NCBI RefSeq assembly: GCF_036321535.1
Contig: NC_087436.1
Span: forward strand, 12,896,001 to 12,960,000
DNA from: Camelus dromedarius
Lineage: Eukaryota
Reading direction: 5' to 3'
Length of the DNA: 64,000 nt
The position numbers and the translations under genes were made by a program. Under the pieces are notes generated by a model that saw nothing but the letters and a program-made list of their open reading frames with translations, was not told the origin of the DNA and did not search any database. Shown piece by piece: positions 1 through 13,704 of this stretch. Position 1 is the stretch's first letter. Each line of letters starts with the position of its first letter.

Positions 1-2199
1 CCACAGGTCACAAATAACAACATTCTCCCTCAAGGTGACTGAATACAGGATGGTCTGAGTGCCTGATGAGGTTGGTTCCTATTTTTGGATCCCAGGATTT
101 GGCTGGCACAATGCTGGCATTCATGCTTGGGGTGAACAAGGATTTCAAGACAGATTGGGGTTTTCTCCTGGATTTCCTCATCTTCTCTGCTTCTCATTCG
201 TGTTTATGCACACCTTAATTCCCTGTCTTGGTGCCCCAGTCAATGAAACAGCTTATTGCCTCCGAGAGGAGAAGACAAAAGAGAGGAGCAGCTGCCATGC
301 CGTACTCGGAATGCATCTGCACTGACCCTCCAGGGCACAGGACAGCAGGACTAGTCAGTGAAACGTGCGACCCAGAGCACCAGCAGCACAAATGCCCCCA
401 GCTGGGACCTTCACTCCCTTGTGACTCTGCTGGGCTGCCCTCTCCACACTGGACATTCTCCTCCTTGACAACACTGTCCATTTTGGATGGAGGGGCTTCT
501 GCTCCTGCTGTAATGGGTAACTTGGCTACATCCACTATGTCACTAGTCAAAAACAAACAAACAAAACTCACGCTGATGTTTTTCATCTTAATTCCAGGGC
601 TTTCATAGTTCAGCCCACATTTACAAAAATCTGTCCGAGGCCCTTGGAAATCAGTTCTGGGTTGATATTTCCTTTCCCATACAATTGAAAAATTCTTGCT
701 TCAAAAAAAATATATTCTTTTCACATACATATCAACCTCCAGAAGTCTTTTAACCTGAAAGAGTTAGCTTGAGAAAGCTTAGCTTGAGAGGTGAAGTAGA
801 AGTCAAAGCAAGGCATCTCTGAAACTTTGACTTGGTCTATACAAAGTGTGGGTTGTGAAGAAATGGCCAACTGGAAGAACCCTGGGCGCTTCCGTTCCCA
901 TAAGACGCTGGGCAGGACGTGGTTGAACAGAGATGCCAACAGACGGCGTTTACTGACCTGCTCAGCATATAATCAGCACCCGTATATCTGCCCAGAGGGA
1001 ACCAATTTTAGGTTAGAAGCCAAGCAAGGCTCGATCTGTAGCGGTAGCGGAGGCTTCAAACCCTCTTCCTTCCGCATGGCTGCAACGTGCCGCGGGTAGG
1101 CTGTGGCAGAGAAAAGCCAGATGTACAGACCGGACGGAGAGACTGAAAGTTGTCTAAGTTCATGGTTTTGTTTCCTTAGTAACTGCAGCTGGCAGCCAGC
1201 GACCCAGAACAAAGGGGAGGAACCGAAGCCAGCTTCCGGGATGTCAGTTACTAAATAGCAACAGCGGAGAAGGATCGCGCACAATCGTCAGTCACAAGAC
1301 TGAGTTTGGCAACTTCATTTTTATTCAACTTTATTTTTATGCCATTCAACGCAGTTCTCAAGCCCCTGTTTCTGCCTAGGAGTAGGAAAACCATCCTGCC
1401 AGCTCAACAAAACTCAGTCACTTCGGATTTGAGTACAGTCAGGTCAGGAAGAAAACGCAGTCACCTAGAGATTTCCGGACCCTGTCCCTTCGCACACGCG
1501 CCTGGACACGCACACACTTCCCTCCCGCTGGGGGCTCTGGGATCCAGGGACTTTTCTCCCCCATGGCTCAGGGGGTCACAGGGTCCTCTGGGAAGCTGTC
1601 TTCCCCTCCTGGAACTCCAGACAGGCGCTGGGACACAGCCTCCTGTGCTTTCAGATACCTGCACACGTTGGGGATTTCGGCACTGCCTCTTTCTGGTATT
1701 TAGGTGGAGACGACAAGGCACGCGGTCAGGTGGGGCACGGGGAGGCCGCTTTATTGGTGTCTAAATGCCTTTGCTCTCCCTCATCTTCTCCATTTCGGGC
1801 CCTCCCGTCCCGGGAAGGCTGCCCTCTCTTCTCTGTGTGTGCATCATTGTGTCTTCTTCCTCTCGGTGTGATTTACAGCATGAACTCAGTGCCCAAGCGC
1901 TCCACGCTCTGGAGCTTTGGAAACTCAAGTCCTTGTCTCTCTTAACAAAGCCAGACTCCTGCAAGTGAATGCCTTGCTTCCTCCTTTGTTTTTTCTGTTA
2001 CAGATTTACGAAAATTAATTTAGTACCTTAACTGATGTCTTATTCTAGGTCTTACCCAGTCTCCTCCTGAAAACACTAAATGCCACTGATTCATTGGGTG
2101 GAGGGCCTGGGGGCAACTCAACTCGAAGCTGCGAGGAATCATGGGATGAAGAAAATAAATCCGTTCGGAGGCCAGATATAACGCTGTGGTGATGGTGAG

Positions 2200-2420
2200 T
2201 GTGATGACCCTCACGCTGAGCATTTGCTATTTGCCAGGCCCTGTTCTGGGACCTTTCCCTACCTGTCTTCCTGTAATCCTCAGATCTATTCTGTGAAGGC
2301 AGTGCTGTTCCCATCCTACTTGACTAATGGGGAAGCCAAGTCTCAGGGAGCTTGGGAAACGTGCCAGCGATTTTCCCACCTCAACTAGAGAAGAAAGGAT
2401 GCGAAACCTTACAATCTGAG
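2200..2420 (-). mobile_element. MIR SINE remnant
   Basis: ctgagcatttgctatttgccaggccctgttct...ggggaagccaagtctcagggag resembles the degraded MIR core. Confidence 0.6.
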
Positions 2421-2487
2421 AGCGGGGCCCTTGTTCAGAACCTCCATACACTTCTTCCTTCTGGGGTGTCCCCAATGTCCCCCAAAA

Positions 2488-2612
2488 TATGGGAGAATGA
2501 AAAGAATTACTAGAGCATTTTCACCATACCTTGGAAGAAAAGATAACTCCCAAGATATAGATGTATATGTGTGTGTGTGTGTGTGTGTTTATTTATATAT
2601 ATATGTGTGTAT

Positions 2613-2647
<35 letters not shown>

Positions 2648-3428
2648 TTTCTGCCTCCAGTTCCTGGCACAGAGCTGCTAAAATCCTTGTAAAGTTCTAC
2701 GTGATAAGAGCACTGGGAGCATCTTTTATTCTAATGAGGTGACCTTGGGTGGAACCAGGAAGCCCAAGCCATGACTGGAAGCTTGGAAATTTCAACCCCA
2801 CCCCCAGCCCTCAGCCTTCTCCAGAGATGGGAGAGGCGCTGGAATGGAGTTCATGGTCCATCATATCTATGTGATAAAGCCTTCATAAAAATTCCAAAAG
2901 TATGGGCTTCTGAGAGCCGCCAGGTGGCTGAACAGATCCACACATCAGGAGCGTGACACAGCATAACTCTATGGGGACAGAAACTCTTGCCCTTAGGACC
3001 CTCCCGACCTCTATGTACCTCTTCACCTGGCGGTTCATCTGTATCCCTTATCATATCCTTTAATCAAGTGGGAAATGTAAGTAACTGTTGTCCTGAGTTC
3101 CGGGAGCTGCCCTAGCAACTTACTTGAACCTGAGGAGGGGACCCTGGGAACCTCTGACTTGTAGCCTCAGCACAGGTGACAACCTGGACTTGTATCAGCA
3201 CCTGAAGTGGGGCAGTCTGGTGGGACTGAGCCCCTGACCTGTGGGGTCTGATGCTCTCTCCAGGTAGATCGCGTCAGATCTGAGTTAAACTGTTGGATGC
3301 CCAGCTGGTGTTGCATAGAGTTGCTTATTGGTGGGGGAGATGCCCACATGTTTGGTAAATCAGAAGTGAAGTGTTTTGTGTGATTAGTGAAAAAGACACA
3401 CAAGAGAACTGTACATTTTTCCAACACA
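2488..3428. mobile_element. MER21-like LTR with an internal (GT)n/(TA)n/(TTTA)n microsatellite at about 2563-2650
   Basis: Characteristic MER21 segments gaacctgaggagggg..gggaacctc, cacaggtgacaacctggacttg, gaagtggggcagtct..tgggactgagccc and ctccaggtagat; ends in ...aacaca. Confidence 0.75.
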
Positions 3429-5309
3429 ATAACTATAATAATGGGCTAGAGGCCACATTTGACTTGCATATCTGTGCTTGCCTGAGCCAGCAGTCGTTCT
3501 AAAGACATCTGCATTACTAAGAGGGATGTGTATTACAAGTTTCACCTACTCACTGCTATCTTATACTTGGCAGATTCACACGTTGATATTATTTGCTGGT
3601 TCCTGGAGTTATTTGAGTTGACACGAATGTCACTTATGATGGTAGATATATAATCATAAATACAATGTATTCGATCCTTTTCATTTGCAGATATAACTCT
3701 TGAAGTGTGTAAACTGTGGCTCTTTTTAATTTTGTTAACTATAGGTTTTGAATCCTGTTCATGAGAAGATGTCACATGGGGCCAACAGAGAGTTAGCCTG
3801 TCAATCACCAGCACTTACAGCTCCAAATTTTGTTTTCTAATTATGAAGGTAGACCCGTCTACATATCAGGAGTGAAATCATGAAGTGTCAGGATGGCCAC
3901 AAATGTGGAGATTCATAAATGTCTTGGTACGTGCTACCACAGCCAAGTACGGCTTAATCCAGACTCTGTTAAGGGGACGAGCTATCGGAAATTAACACAT
4001 TGAAAGCAACAAGAGCTGGACCCAAGAGACAAGAAAATATGTTAAAATAAAAAAAAAAGAAAGCCTAGAAAATTTGATCTTGGATGTTTTATGTACTGAA
4101 AAACTGCCCCATATACACCTAAGCAGGCCCTGAAGGCACAGGGAAATTGAAGAGTCAGTGACATTCCTAACTGCATCACAAATTAATCAGGGAAAGTTTA
4201 GGTTCAGCAGACTTTATTTAAAAGGCAAGATGCAAGTAATACGTTAAAATATGTATACCAAAAAATATATTAAAAATCATAAAGAGTATTTTCATGGGAA
4301 ATAGGGCCAGCTGTAATTATCCGGAAAATTTACCCCATCCCTTGACAACATTTGGTTGGAGAAATCATTAATCTCCATATCACAGTTTTGCGAAAGAATT
4401 TACAAAACAAGACACAACGTCTTCCTATCCATATGGTCTCTGCAAACTGTCTGCCTGTGGGAGATTTGTAAATGTGAGAATGAATGTGCAAAAAGGAATC
4501 CAATGTGTGGGAATGAAGTGCCTTTCCTGCAGTTTTAAAGCGAGAACTGTACCCAGCTCACAGGGGCAACTACGGAAGAGCATTGGGCTGGTACTTTGCA
4601 CATAACTAGAATGTCTGTGCATTTCCCAAGGGACAGGTGCTTAATTTTCTGTGGGCAAAGTAGGAAAATTTGAGCACACCAGGGCAGTGATGTTAAACTA
4701 TGGTTGTGTGTTGGTTGAGGGCAGGGAAAGCAGACCTGTAGTACACTATTATACTCGGCTAAAATCAGAAAGTTGGAATTATTGAATCTGTTTTGCAGAC
4801 TCCAGACAACATCTCCATATGCCCATATGCAGTAGAGAGATTCTTTCAGGGAATAATTCCCCATTACTGGCAAGAAATGAAAACCCCGAGATTTGGAGAA
4901 TGTTAATTAGCTGCTGACGACATATCACGTGAAGAATCATCTCTACTATGTCTGGCCTACTGTTTGCGTCTGATTGAATATGTTGGAGGTGGCAGGTTTT
5001 CAGCACAAAACAGAACGATGGAAATTCAAGAAGGCAAAGAATGGCCAGCGAGTCCTGGGAGCATCTAAGGCCTGTTTACATTGAAAGGCTGTGTGAGCGT
5101 TTTCCAATATCCACATTATATGAATTTCAACATTTATGCTGACGTTAGTATTAGAAAGACCATCTTGTGTATATTAAAAAAGTGCTTAATTACACAGTTT
5201 ATCTCTCAGGGGACTTGCGTGTTGGCCACTTTATCCAAACTGCTGGAAATTTTATCTGCACGACAAATGGCTGAATGTGGAAAGTTGACATTTTAGATGA
5301 ACATTTTGT

Positions 5310-6460
5310 GATCTTAAAACTGGAAACTGTAAAACTAATAGAAGATAACATAGGGAAAAAGTTTCTTGATGTTGGATTGGGCCATGATTTTGGATTTGAT
5401 ACCAAAAGAACAAGCAACAAGAGCAAAAACAGACAAGCAGGCAAAGGACCTTCTTAAAGAGGAGCCGTACAGATGGCCAACAGGTACATGAAAATATGCT
5501 CACCATCACTCATCACCAGGGAAGTGCAAATCAAAACCACAATGAGGTCCCATCTCACACCTTCAGAATGGCTGTTATCAAAATGCCAAAAGATAACAAG
5601 TACTGTAGAGGTGTAGAAAAAAGAGCATGCCTGTGCACTGTGGGTGGGAATGTAAATTCCAGCCACTATGGAAGACAGTATGGAGGTTTCTCAAAGTATT
5701 AACAATAGAACTGCCATGTGATCCAGTAATCCCCCTTCTGGCTATATTTCCCAAAGAAAATGTGATCAGCATCTCCTAAGAGATGTCTGCACTCCCTTGT
5801 TCATGCAGCACTATTCACAGTAGCCAAGATATGGAAACAACTTAAATGTCTGTCAGTGGAATAATGGATAATGAAATTCATCCATTGGATGAAAAGGTGA
5901 TAGAGACAGAGATAGAAAGAGAGAGAGAGCAAATAGAATACTACTTAGCTTTAAAAAAGAAAGAAATTCAGCTGTTTGCAGCAACATGGATGAATCCAGA
6001 AGCCATTATGCTAAGTGCAAAAGTCAGTCACGAAAAGAAAATACTGAATGATTGCATTCATATGGAAGATCTGAAGTAGTCAAAAGCTCACAGACGTAGA
6101 GAGTAGAATGGTGGTTGCCAGGGCTGGAGGACGGTGAAAATGGGGAGATGTTAGGTCAAGGGGTACAAAGTTTCAGTGATGCCAAATGAGTAAATTCTGG
6201 AGAACTAATGTACAGCAATGTGACTCTAGTTAACAATGCTATATTGTATACTGAAATTTGCTAAAAGGGTTGATCTTAACTGTTCTCATCACATCCAAAA
6301 AACACAAAGAAGAAAGAAAATGGTAACTATGTGAGGTTCTGGGAATGTTAATTGGCTTGATTATTTCACAATGTTTATTTATCTCAAAATGTCAAATTGT
6401 ACACCTTACATCTTTATAATTTTCATCTGTCAATTATACTTCAGCAAAGATAGAAATAAA
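5310..6460 (+). mobile_element. Old L1 (L1M-type) 3' fragment: ORF2 C-terminal remnant plus 3' UTR
   Basis: Translates to L1 ORF2-like pieces (ETVKLIEDNIGKKFLDVGLGHDF; YYLALKKKEIQLFAATWMNPEAIMLS), followed by a typical L1 3' UTR ending caattatacttcagcaaa. Confidence 0.9.
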
Positions 6461-6602
6461 CCACTTTATGACGGGAGCTGAAAACTCATCAGGGTGCACA
6501 GGCTCCAACTGCTCTCTCTTGCAGGTGTCTTTGGCCCCCGGCCCCCTGCCATGTGGACAGAGCGTGGCTGACCTTCTGGAGTGAGGTCATCTCCACTCCT
6601 TT

Positions 6603-7264
6603 TGAGACAGGAAGGAAGGGGGCAGGGCACAGCCATTCAAGGAATGATGTGGCAATTAACACCAAAATGGTGGAAGATTCAACTCCCAAGAGACCTTGAG
6701 ATTCAAGGTGGTGGGAGATATGACTTCTAGTAGACCTTGAGCTTCATTATATGCCCACTGTAATATACTAGCATGGTAAATAACTTGCCCACAGGCGCTA
6801 AGACAGTCCCAAGGCTAACCACAAAAAGTCAAACAGTGGGAAATGGCCAACTTCCTGGGAGGCGCAGCCCCTTCTCCAGGTTAGTTAGACTGGTCCTTCC
6901 AAGTACTAGCATATGAAGCTACTGAGCCCATAAAAAATGGCAACATGGTGCCTCTTGGCCACCTTTTTGCTCCCTCCTCTTTGGAGAAGGCCTGCACTGT
7001 CTATGGAGTGTGTACCTACTTTTACTCTAATCTGAGCACTCAATCCCCACACCTCGTGGCTTTTCTCTTGCCTTTTGAAACAGCCTACACTCTGTGCAGT
7101 ATGTATCTCTCTAAGTAAATCTACCTTTACTCAATTGTGGCTCACTCTTGAATTCTTTCCTGAGTGAAGCCAAGGACCCACACTTGGTGGGGCACGTCCC
7201 AGGGACTCAGCTGAGAGCTGGGACATGGCCTTCCTCATGGTGTACAGCCATTTTTCCTGCATCA
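6603..7264 (+). mobile_element. ERV1 solo LTR, MER41-like
   Basis: TG...CA termini flanked by a perfect 4-bp TSD CTTT (6599-6602 / 7265-7268). Motifs shared with MER41: cccacaggcgctaagacagt, cccataaaaaatggcaac, ctgtctatggagt, ttgaattctttcctg...ccaaggaccc. Confidence 0.85.
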
Positions 7265-9252
7265 CTTTGGCTTTACAGTCAGCTACTTGTTTGTTTCCTG
7301 TGATGGTTTATTTTGACTTTCAACCTTACCAGGCAACAGATAATTGTGTTTTGTCTGGGCTCAGCAGTCATGAAAATCTTTTTTATTGCACCCAAATTGG
7401 GGGTGTTTTATTAAGAATAGACCACCCCAGACTCCCTGGGCCAGCCAGAATTGCACTGTGTGTACAAGCAAGTCAAAAGTAACCCAGATAACTTAGCCAA
7501 GTGTAACCGATTCGTATGGAGCTTGGGGAGTGTGAAGGGGAAGGAAGGACCTGGATTTCTTCTGGGACTGGCCTCCAGCCTGGACACAGCAGTCCTCACT
7601 GTGGCCCTTTGCCTTGCAAACTCAATTTGTTTTTTTCAATGGTAAGGATCCTTGAAAGAGACTAAGAAGGAAAATTGGGTGTCAGAGACAATGTTAAATT
7701 GCTTCAAACACTTAAACCAGTGGAGCTGCAAACGGGATCAGTGCCATTTTTCATTCTGCAAATACTTTTTGGCTTATTGCTCACAGCAATAACATGAGTT
7801 ATGTGCAACTTCTGTCGTCGTGAGGCTGCCCCCCGGACTTCCTGTGAATTCTGTTCTGGGTCCTTGAAACGGCTTCGTATTCTCAACACTTCAAAAGCCA
7901 AAAACATTTTCTAGAATCAATGCTTTTTAAAGTCACTTCTTGGGCTACCCTAGCCTCACCTTTTCTATTTCCATATTTTATCATAATAATGATGGAGGGG
8001 TGGGGAGGCAGTTTTAAAAAGAAATGTAAAGAGAGCAACTCAGCCAAGTAGTAACCCCAGGGCTTGCTCTCTGGGCAGCTAATCGTTTCGGTGATGAATC
8101 CACTTAAACTTACTTTTCAATATTGATTTATTTATAGGGCACGAACTGGTAATTAGTTATTGACTTTGTGAAAAACAAATTATTTATAAAGCATTTATTG
8201 TATGATGTCACATGATACAAATGAGCTTCAGAATGACCGATGAGCTTTCAAAATAGCTTAGTTTTGACCAAGGGAAAAAAGTCCCCCATGGCTATCAGGC
8301 TGCTTAAGAAGTCCAGCTTTAAGTCATTTGAAAACAATCATTCTGAGAACAGATCTTCTTAAAAAGAAGCTGGTATATGTGGTGAAACAATAGCTGAGGA
8401 ATGGAGTTTAAAAAAGAAGAGAGACTTTGACACAGCTTTGCTTGTCAAAACAGTATCAAGAAGAGTTTATGAATTTCTACATGTTCCAGTTACTTCATGC
8501 CCAGTCACGCCGTCTCTCTCCTTGCAGTGACCTTGAGCAATTGCTCTGAACCTACTTCTGCTGGGCCTTCAGACAGGCCACGTCACCTCTCTGCAGATCC
8601 ATTACGATTTTCCATCAACCCCCTCTTAAAAGTAGCATGCTTCCACATGTTGCTGGTGCTTAGGGAATCCTAACTAGGGAAGCCGTGCATGTTTCAAGGT
8701 GGACCTAAAACTTCAAACTAAAATGACTATTTTCAAAAATACTAGAAAAAGCAATTTCCTCCATTTTGGAAGTTGTCACGATATGTGCTGTCCACGTATT
8801 CATGCATTTATTCTTTCAATAAGGAGCCCTTTAGGATTTTTTTCTGTGCCCTGTTTTGCATTTATATTGACAGTCAGTGCTTTGCTGCCCTGGTAGAGCT
8901 GACAGCCGTGGTCTGGAGCTCTTATTAGCTTCTTAAAAGACTTTGAAAAAGTTCTCTGGACCCATAAGAGACTTGAACCTGCAAAAGTCACTTAAATAAA
9001 TATGTCCTTCAATATCCTTAAATCAGCTGGTTGAGGGAAATCAATAGGATGCTACAAAAGAGAGTAATTAAAAGTTGAGACATTGAATGTAGAGTTTTGT
9101 AATTTGGAGTTTCTAGTGATGATCAAATGGCTTTTCCTTTTCCCAGTGGCCTGAGAAAGGGGGAGAGTAAGAGGATCTCTCCAGCTCTCAGCTCCTCTTG
9201 TTGGGGAAAAAATGTATGAAGGGAGGATCTCTTTGCGTTCCCCCTGCTTCTG

Positions 9253-9271
9253 TGACCACAAGGTGGCAGTG
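9253..9271 (+). promoter_or_regulatory. Candidate CTCF-binding motif TGACCACAAGGTGGCAGTG
   Basis: Close match to the CTCF core CCASYAGRKGGCRS, in apparently non-repetitive DNA. Motif match only. Confidence 0.5.
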
Positions 9272-9539
9272 CTTCTGAGCGTTGCTGCGGTCGTCATTTG
9301 GCCTACAATGCAATGGGACAGCCCCGCTGCAGGGAAATCAGAATAAATGGTGTGATGTTAGCATGTGAAATAAAACCAACCAGCAAAGAAAAATAAACCG
9401 ATTATTCAGGAACTTGCATTTCTGGAGGGTGAGCTTGTGCGTAGGTCTTGAGTGTATTTGAATGTTTACAATTTAGTGACCTTTTCTAGAACTTTCAAAA
9501 GATTAGAGCTGGTAGTAGCTGCCTTGGGAGGAGAGGAAG

Positions 9540-9960
9540 GTGATAAGGCTGGGAACTAAGCTGGCATTGAATAATGAAAGGCCCTGTGTACTGGACTAAG
9601 GAGCTTTGGTTCTGGTCCTCACTGCGGAGCCACAGATTGGTTTTCAAACACAGAGAGGGGCAGGAATAACCAGGTAGTGCTTTGGAAAGATAACTATGGC
9701 TGTATTTTGCAGGCTGACAGTGGAGGGGAGGGAGCTTGTCTAGTTACTAGGGGCAGGCTAGCTAGTCAAGAAGCAGTTCCAATGGTTTAAAAAGACTTGA
9801 TTATCTAGATCAAAGCAATGCCAGAGAGATGGAAAAAGATTTGAATGATCATTAGAAGGATAGTCAATAGGACTCAGTGATTGCTTTGGGCTCTGAGAGA
9901 GTCTTAAATTAGGTGACTGGGGGGTCAGTCACATTATTATAACTGAATGAATCATATTAG
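9540..9960. mobile_element. L2 LINE remnant
   Basis: Purine-rich degraded L2-like segments (ggactaaggagctttgg, ctttggaaagataactatggctg, caataggactcagtgattg). Confidence 0.5.
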
Positions 9961-10469
9961 AGAAAACAAGTTTAGGGGAGAAAACGGTATATTGAGATGC
10001 CTGATGCCTGTAAAGTATCAGTTAAGAACAAGGAATTAGCCCTTGAGGGAGAACCAAAGGGTGTCATAGCTGGGGTCTCCTGGACAGTTGACACCACAGG
10101 AGTGGTCAAGTGCAGGGGTGTCAATGGTGGGGAACTGTTTATTCCCTAAATAATCATCGCCATGGTAATAACAAGATTCTTTATATGGCAATGAATAACT
10201 TCTGAATCTCATATAAATCATTAATACACACATCTTACAAACATTGCTTTCATGGAAAGTGTGTATAAGGGCATCTTGATTAAACTTTCCTATTTGGGGT
10301 CTTCTGGAAGCATATAATCCAAGTAAAAGAGATGTCTTTGCCATACAAAGGCAGGTTTAAGGCGAGGTGTCTAGCCCTCTCCCCCTACTTCCGTCCTGAT
10401 GTTAACCTTTACACCCTCCTGAAGTTTAAAGCCACCTCGGGACAAGAAAGTGAGCAGGGAGGAAAGTCA

Positions 10470-10590
10470 GGGCAAGTGGTTGTCAATCGTGCCATTGCCC
10501 CAGAATGACCTGTAGCTCTTTGAAAAAATGCACATGCTTGGGAGCCCTGTCTGTGGAGATTCTGATTCAGCAGGTGTAGAGAAAGAAAAC
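10470..10590. mobile_element. MER5-type hAT-Charlie DNA transposon fragment
   Basis: agtggttgtcaat...cagaatgacctg...aaaaatgcacatgcttggg...gagattctgattcagcaggtgt. Confidence 0.6.
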
Positions 10591-13500
10591 CAGGAGAGTG
10601 AAGTTTTGTGGAAGCCACAGGAGACGCATTTAAAGGAGGAGCTGGTCAGCTTTGTGTAATGCAGCGGAGAGGCCAAATAAGATGCGCATTGGAAGTGCCC
10701 TAAATATGGCTGCTGGGAACCACTGATGGGAACATTGACATTGGGGTGTGCCTGGGCCAGATCTCATTGGCTGAGGTGAAGCGGGGGCAGGTGTTCTTAT
10801 GACTCAAGGAGTGGGGTTTGTGGGTTGAAGCATTTGTTGAACAGCTGGGGAGACCCAACTGGGGTTGGAACCTATAGATTTGAGATGGTGTTAACCCGCA
10901 TTACTGCATACATTTATTCAGTGCAATATCTGGGAATAAGGAAGTAAACAAAATGCACCACAGATCTTACATTTTAGAGTAAGAGTGGGTAGTAAACAGG
11001 TAACTAAATAAAGCGATGAATTCTCTTAGCCAGATTGGCTCTGCTTGAAAGTGAAACTGCCCTCTGAGTCCCCACAAGAGCTTGGTTTGCTCCTTATTGT
11101 GACATTATCTTGTAATGTTATTGTTGTTATTATTATTTTAGTTATCTGCTTCCCTGCGTCCTTCTAGATAAGGAATTTTGTCTACCAGATTCTTCCTTGA
11201 ATGCTTAATAGGACTGGATTGTTTCTTTCTGGACTACCAGTTGGAAAAATATGGATTTCACCGCCTCTTGTGGTTGTCCAGTACACCCCAATAATCTGCT
11301 GGTTTTAGGGAGCAGATGACTGGATTCCCCAAGAAGGCCAGGAAACTAGTTTGTCTATACAACAGAAGAGCAATGTCAGATAAACCCTCAAAAATAACGA
11401 GACAGAATTCAGTGATTTCAACTGTTCATTGTTAAGCTGGTTTAAGGATGACTGGAAGAAACCAAAAGGCGATCAGGAATGGAGTTATTATATTTAGAAG
11501 CCCTCGGCAAGAAGTGAGGAAAAGCAATTTTTATGCAAATTTGAAGAGAAAGAGGTTAAGTTAATTTACGAGGCAGTAATTTATTCATCCAATCATACAG
11601 AAGATAATTATGTATTCTTCCACCCTGAGACATTATTCTTATTGTTTTGTGCCTCTGTCTGCAAGCTCAGCCCACAAGAGGAAGCTCAGATTCATTTAGA
11701 TGCTTTTCTTTGCGAATGGCTTTGTAGTTTGATGGCTAGGCTTTCTGGAATTAATAAAGAGATTTCAGACTTTCTTCTTATTCAATTATTCTTTTTAAAT
11801 GTCTTTTGATTTAAAATATAACTCATTGTAATTTTTTAAAAAGTTATGTCTAAAAAAAACTGTACAATTTAATAATGCTTAACTGCTTTTTGTACTTATC
11901 TTTAACTGTTACATCTTTAATTGCTCTGTCAATCAAGTAGTCTAAAAGTTGGGTATAACACTTTCTAAAATTGACTAGATAAAGACCTCTAAGATCTTAT
12001 GAGTCCAAATCGGGGCATTGGAAGGTTCTGGAACTTCAGTTCATATTGGAGATGAAAGCTTCCCTTTGACAATGTGTCCTTAATATTCCAGCTGCTCATA
12101 ATTTCTCTCAGCTTCATAAGTCAACATCCTATTTCCCCTCAAGGCTGCTAAATCTAAATATAGATATTAAAATTCCCCTTTGAAAGCCTTATTTGGAATT
12201 TTGGATGCATTTCTCCTTATAAGGCACATCGCCAATGAAATATTTGATTGCACCAGCTTAAGTTCTGGTCTGGAAAGGTTGGGCAGGTGAGTTTGCCTGT
12301 GTTTCGGTTGTGCTGCTGGCTTCAGGTAAATATGTGATACAGGCGAGACAATTCTTGGTACCTTCCTAGCTGCCGTCTGTCTCGTGTCTCACGTCCACTT
12401 TTCAGCATCTTCCTTCTGTCCTATGAATTTTCGTAAAAGAGACCAGGTCCTTTCTTACAAAAGGAAAAAAAAAAAAACTTTTCAGCAGAACCTGATGGGA
12501 TCTAAAAACAAAGTTACAAAGTAGTTTTGCTCTATGGTCAAAAGCTCCCAAAGTAATGTGCTTTCTACGGACCAGCCTGCAATTATGACCTTGAACTGTG
12601 ATTCTGCCTCAATTCTAAAGGAAGCAGCACGAGTCTGCTTCTCTCTTTTTTTTAATCTTTCACTTTTTAAAATCAAAGTAGCTGGAGATAGTCATTTACA
12701 TTATAGTTGATTGATTTGCTGTACTTGGGGGCCAGAGCAAAGTCATTTTGATACATGGCAATTTAAAGTAATTGCTCTCCTCAGAATAGAAGGGAAATTA
12801 GCTGGCCTGGTGGATGAGCTTATCCGGGCAACACGTCTCCCTGTGTCAGCTTGCCTGCTGCTCTCCGCACCACCTGCTTGAGTCCCCATCAGGGACACAG
12901 ACCGATGAGACATCCCAGGGAGCTATAGATCTTGGGCAAGTTGACCGGTCCAGTTTTGCTTGATAATGAGGAGAGGTCTCTGGAAAATGGGAAATTGGCA
13001 TCTGTCACCTCACAGCAAACTGCTGAGTGATTACTATTGTTTTGCATCTCGGTAGGGTTAGCACAGTTTATTCACTCTCCTTCAGCCCAGAGAGTGTCAC
13101 TCTTATTTTAAAGGCAAGACCTGAGAAGGGTGTTGTGAAGCATAATTGTTGAATACAAAGTGATGGAGGGAAGTGCCCTGGGAGTCAGGATGCATGCCTT
13201 ACCTGCTGTGAGCAGATTTAGCGATGAGGGCGGGAGGGGATTTTCAAGGTGATATTGGCTACGATCATACATCAAAATGCTGGTGGAAAGTGGCTCGAAA
13301 TGCTTTATCTCTAATTTCTGAAATCAAAATACCACAACCAAATTCAAAATTCACAAATACCAATGTCAATGTGGCAAAAAAATGTGGCAATACTTTCACT
13401 GATTCCTGATTTTGATTAGGAATTAATCACTGATGAACAAGGAATGCCAAAATTATCTTAGATAAGCCATTTATTTATCAAACAAACTTGCTGGGAAGGA

Positions 13501-13704
13501 AAGTTCCAACTTGTCAGTCTGTCCTATTTGGAAAAAATAATCTTCCTCTGGCGGAAAAACTAGGAAATCGTGCAGTTGGAAAAGAACTTAAGGGTGGTCA
13601 ATTTCTGACTGTCATTTCATTTGCAGTTACTAGGTTATAATGAAAAAGCTGTCTATACTAACTGCGCAGAGAATGCTTACTTTGGTGATAAATAGTACTA
13701 CTGA

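Noticed and set aside
1..2000. Exons of a neighbouring gene (e.g. PLRG1) or a processed pseudogene
   Set aside because: None of the ORFs resembles WD40 repeats or any protein I recognise; a BLASTX search would be needed to exclude this fully.
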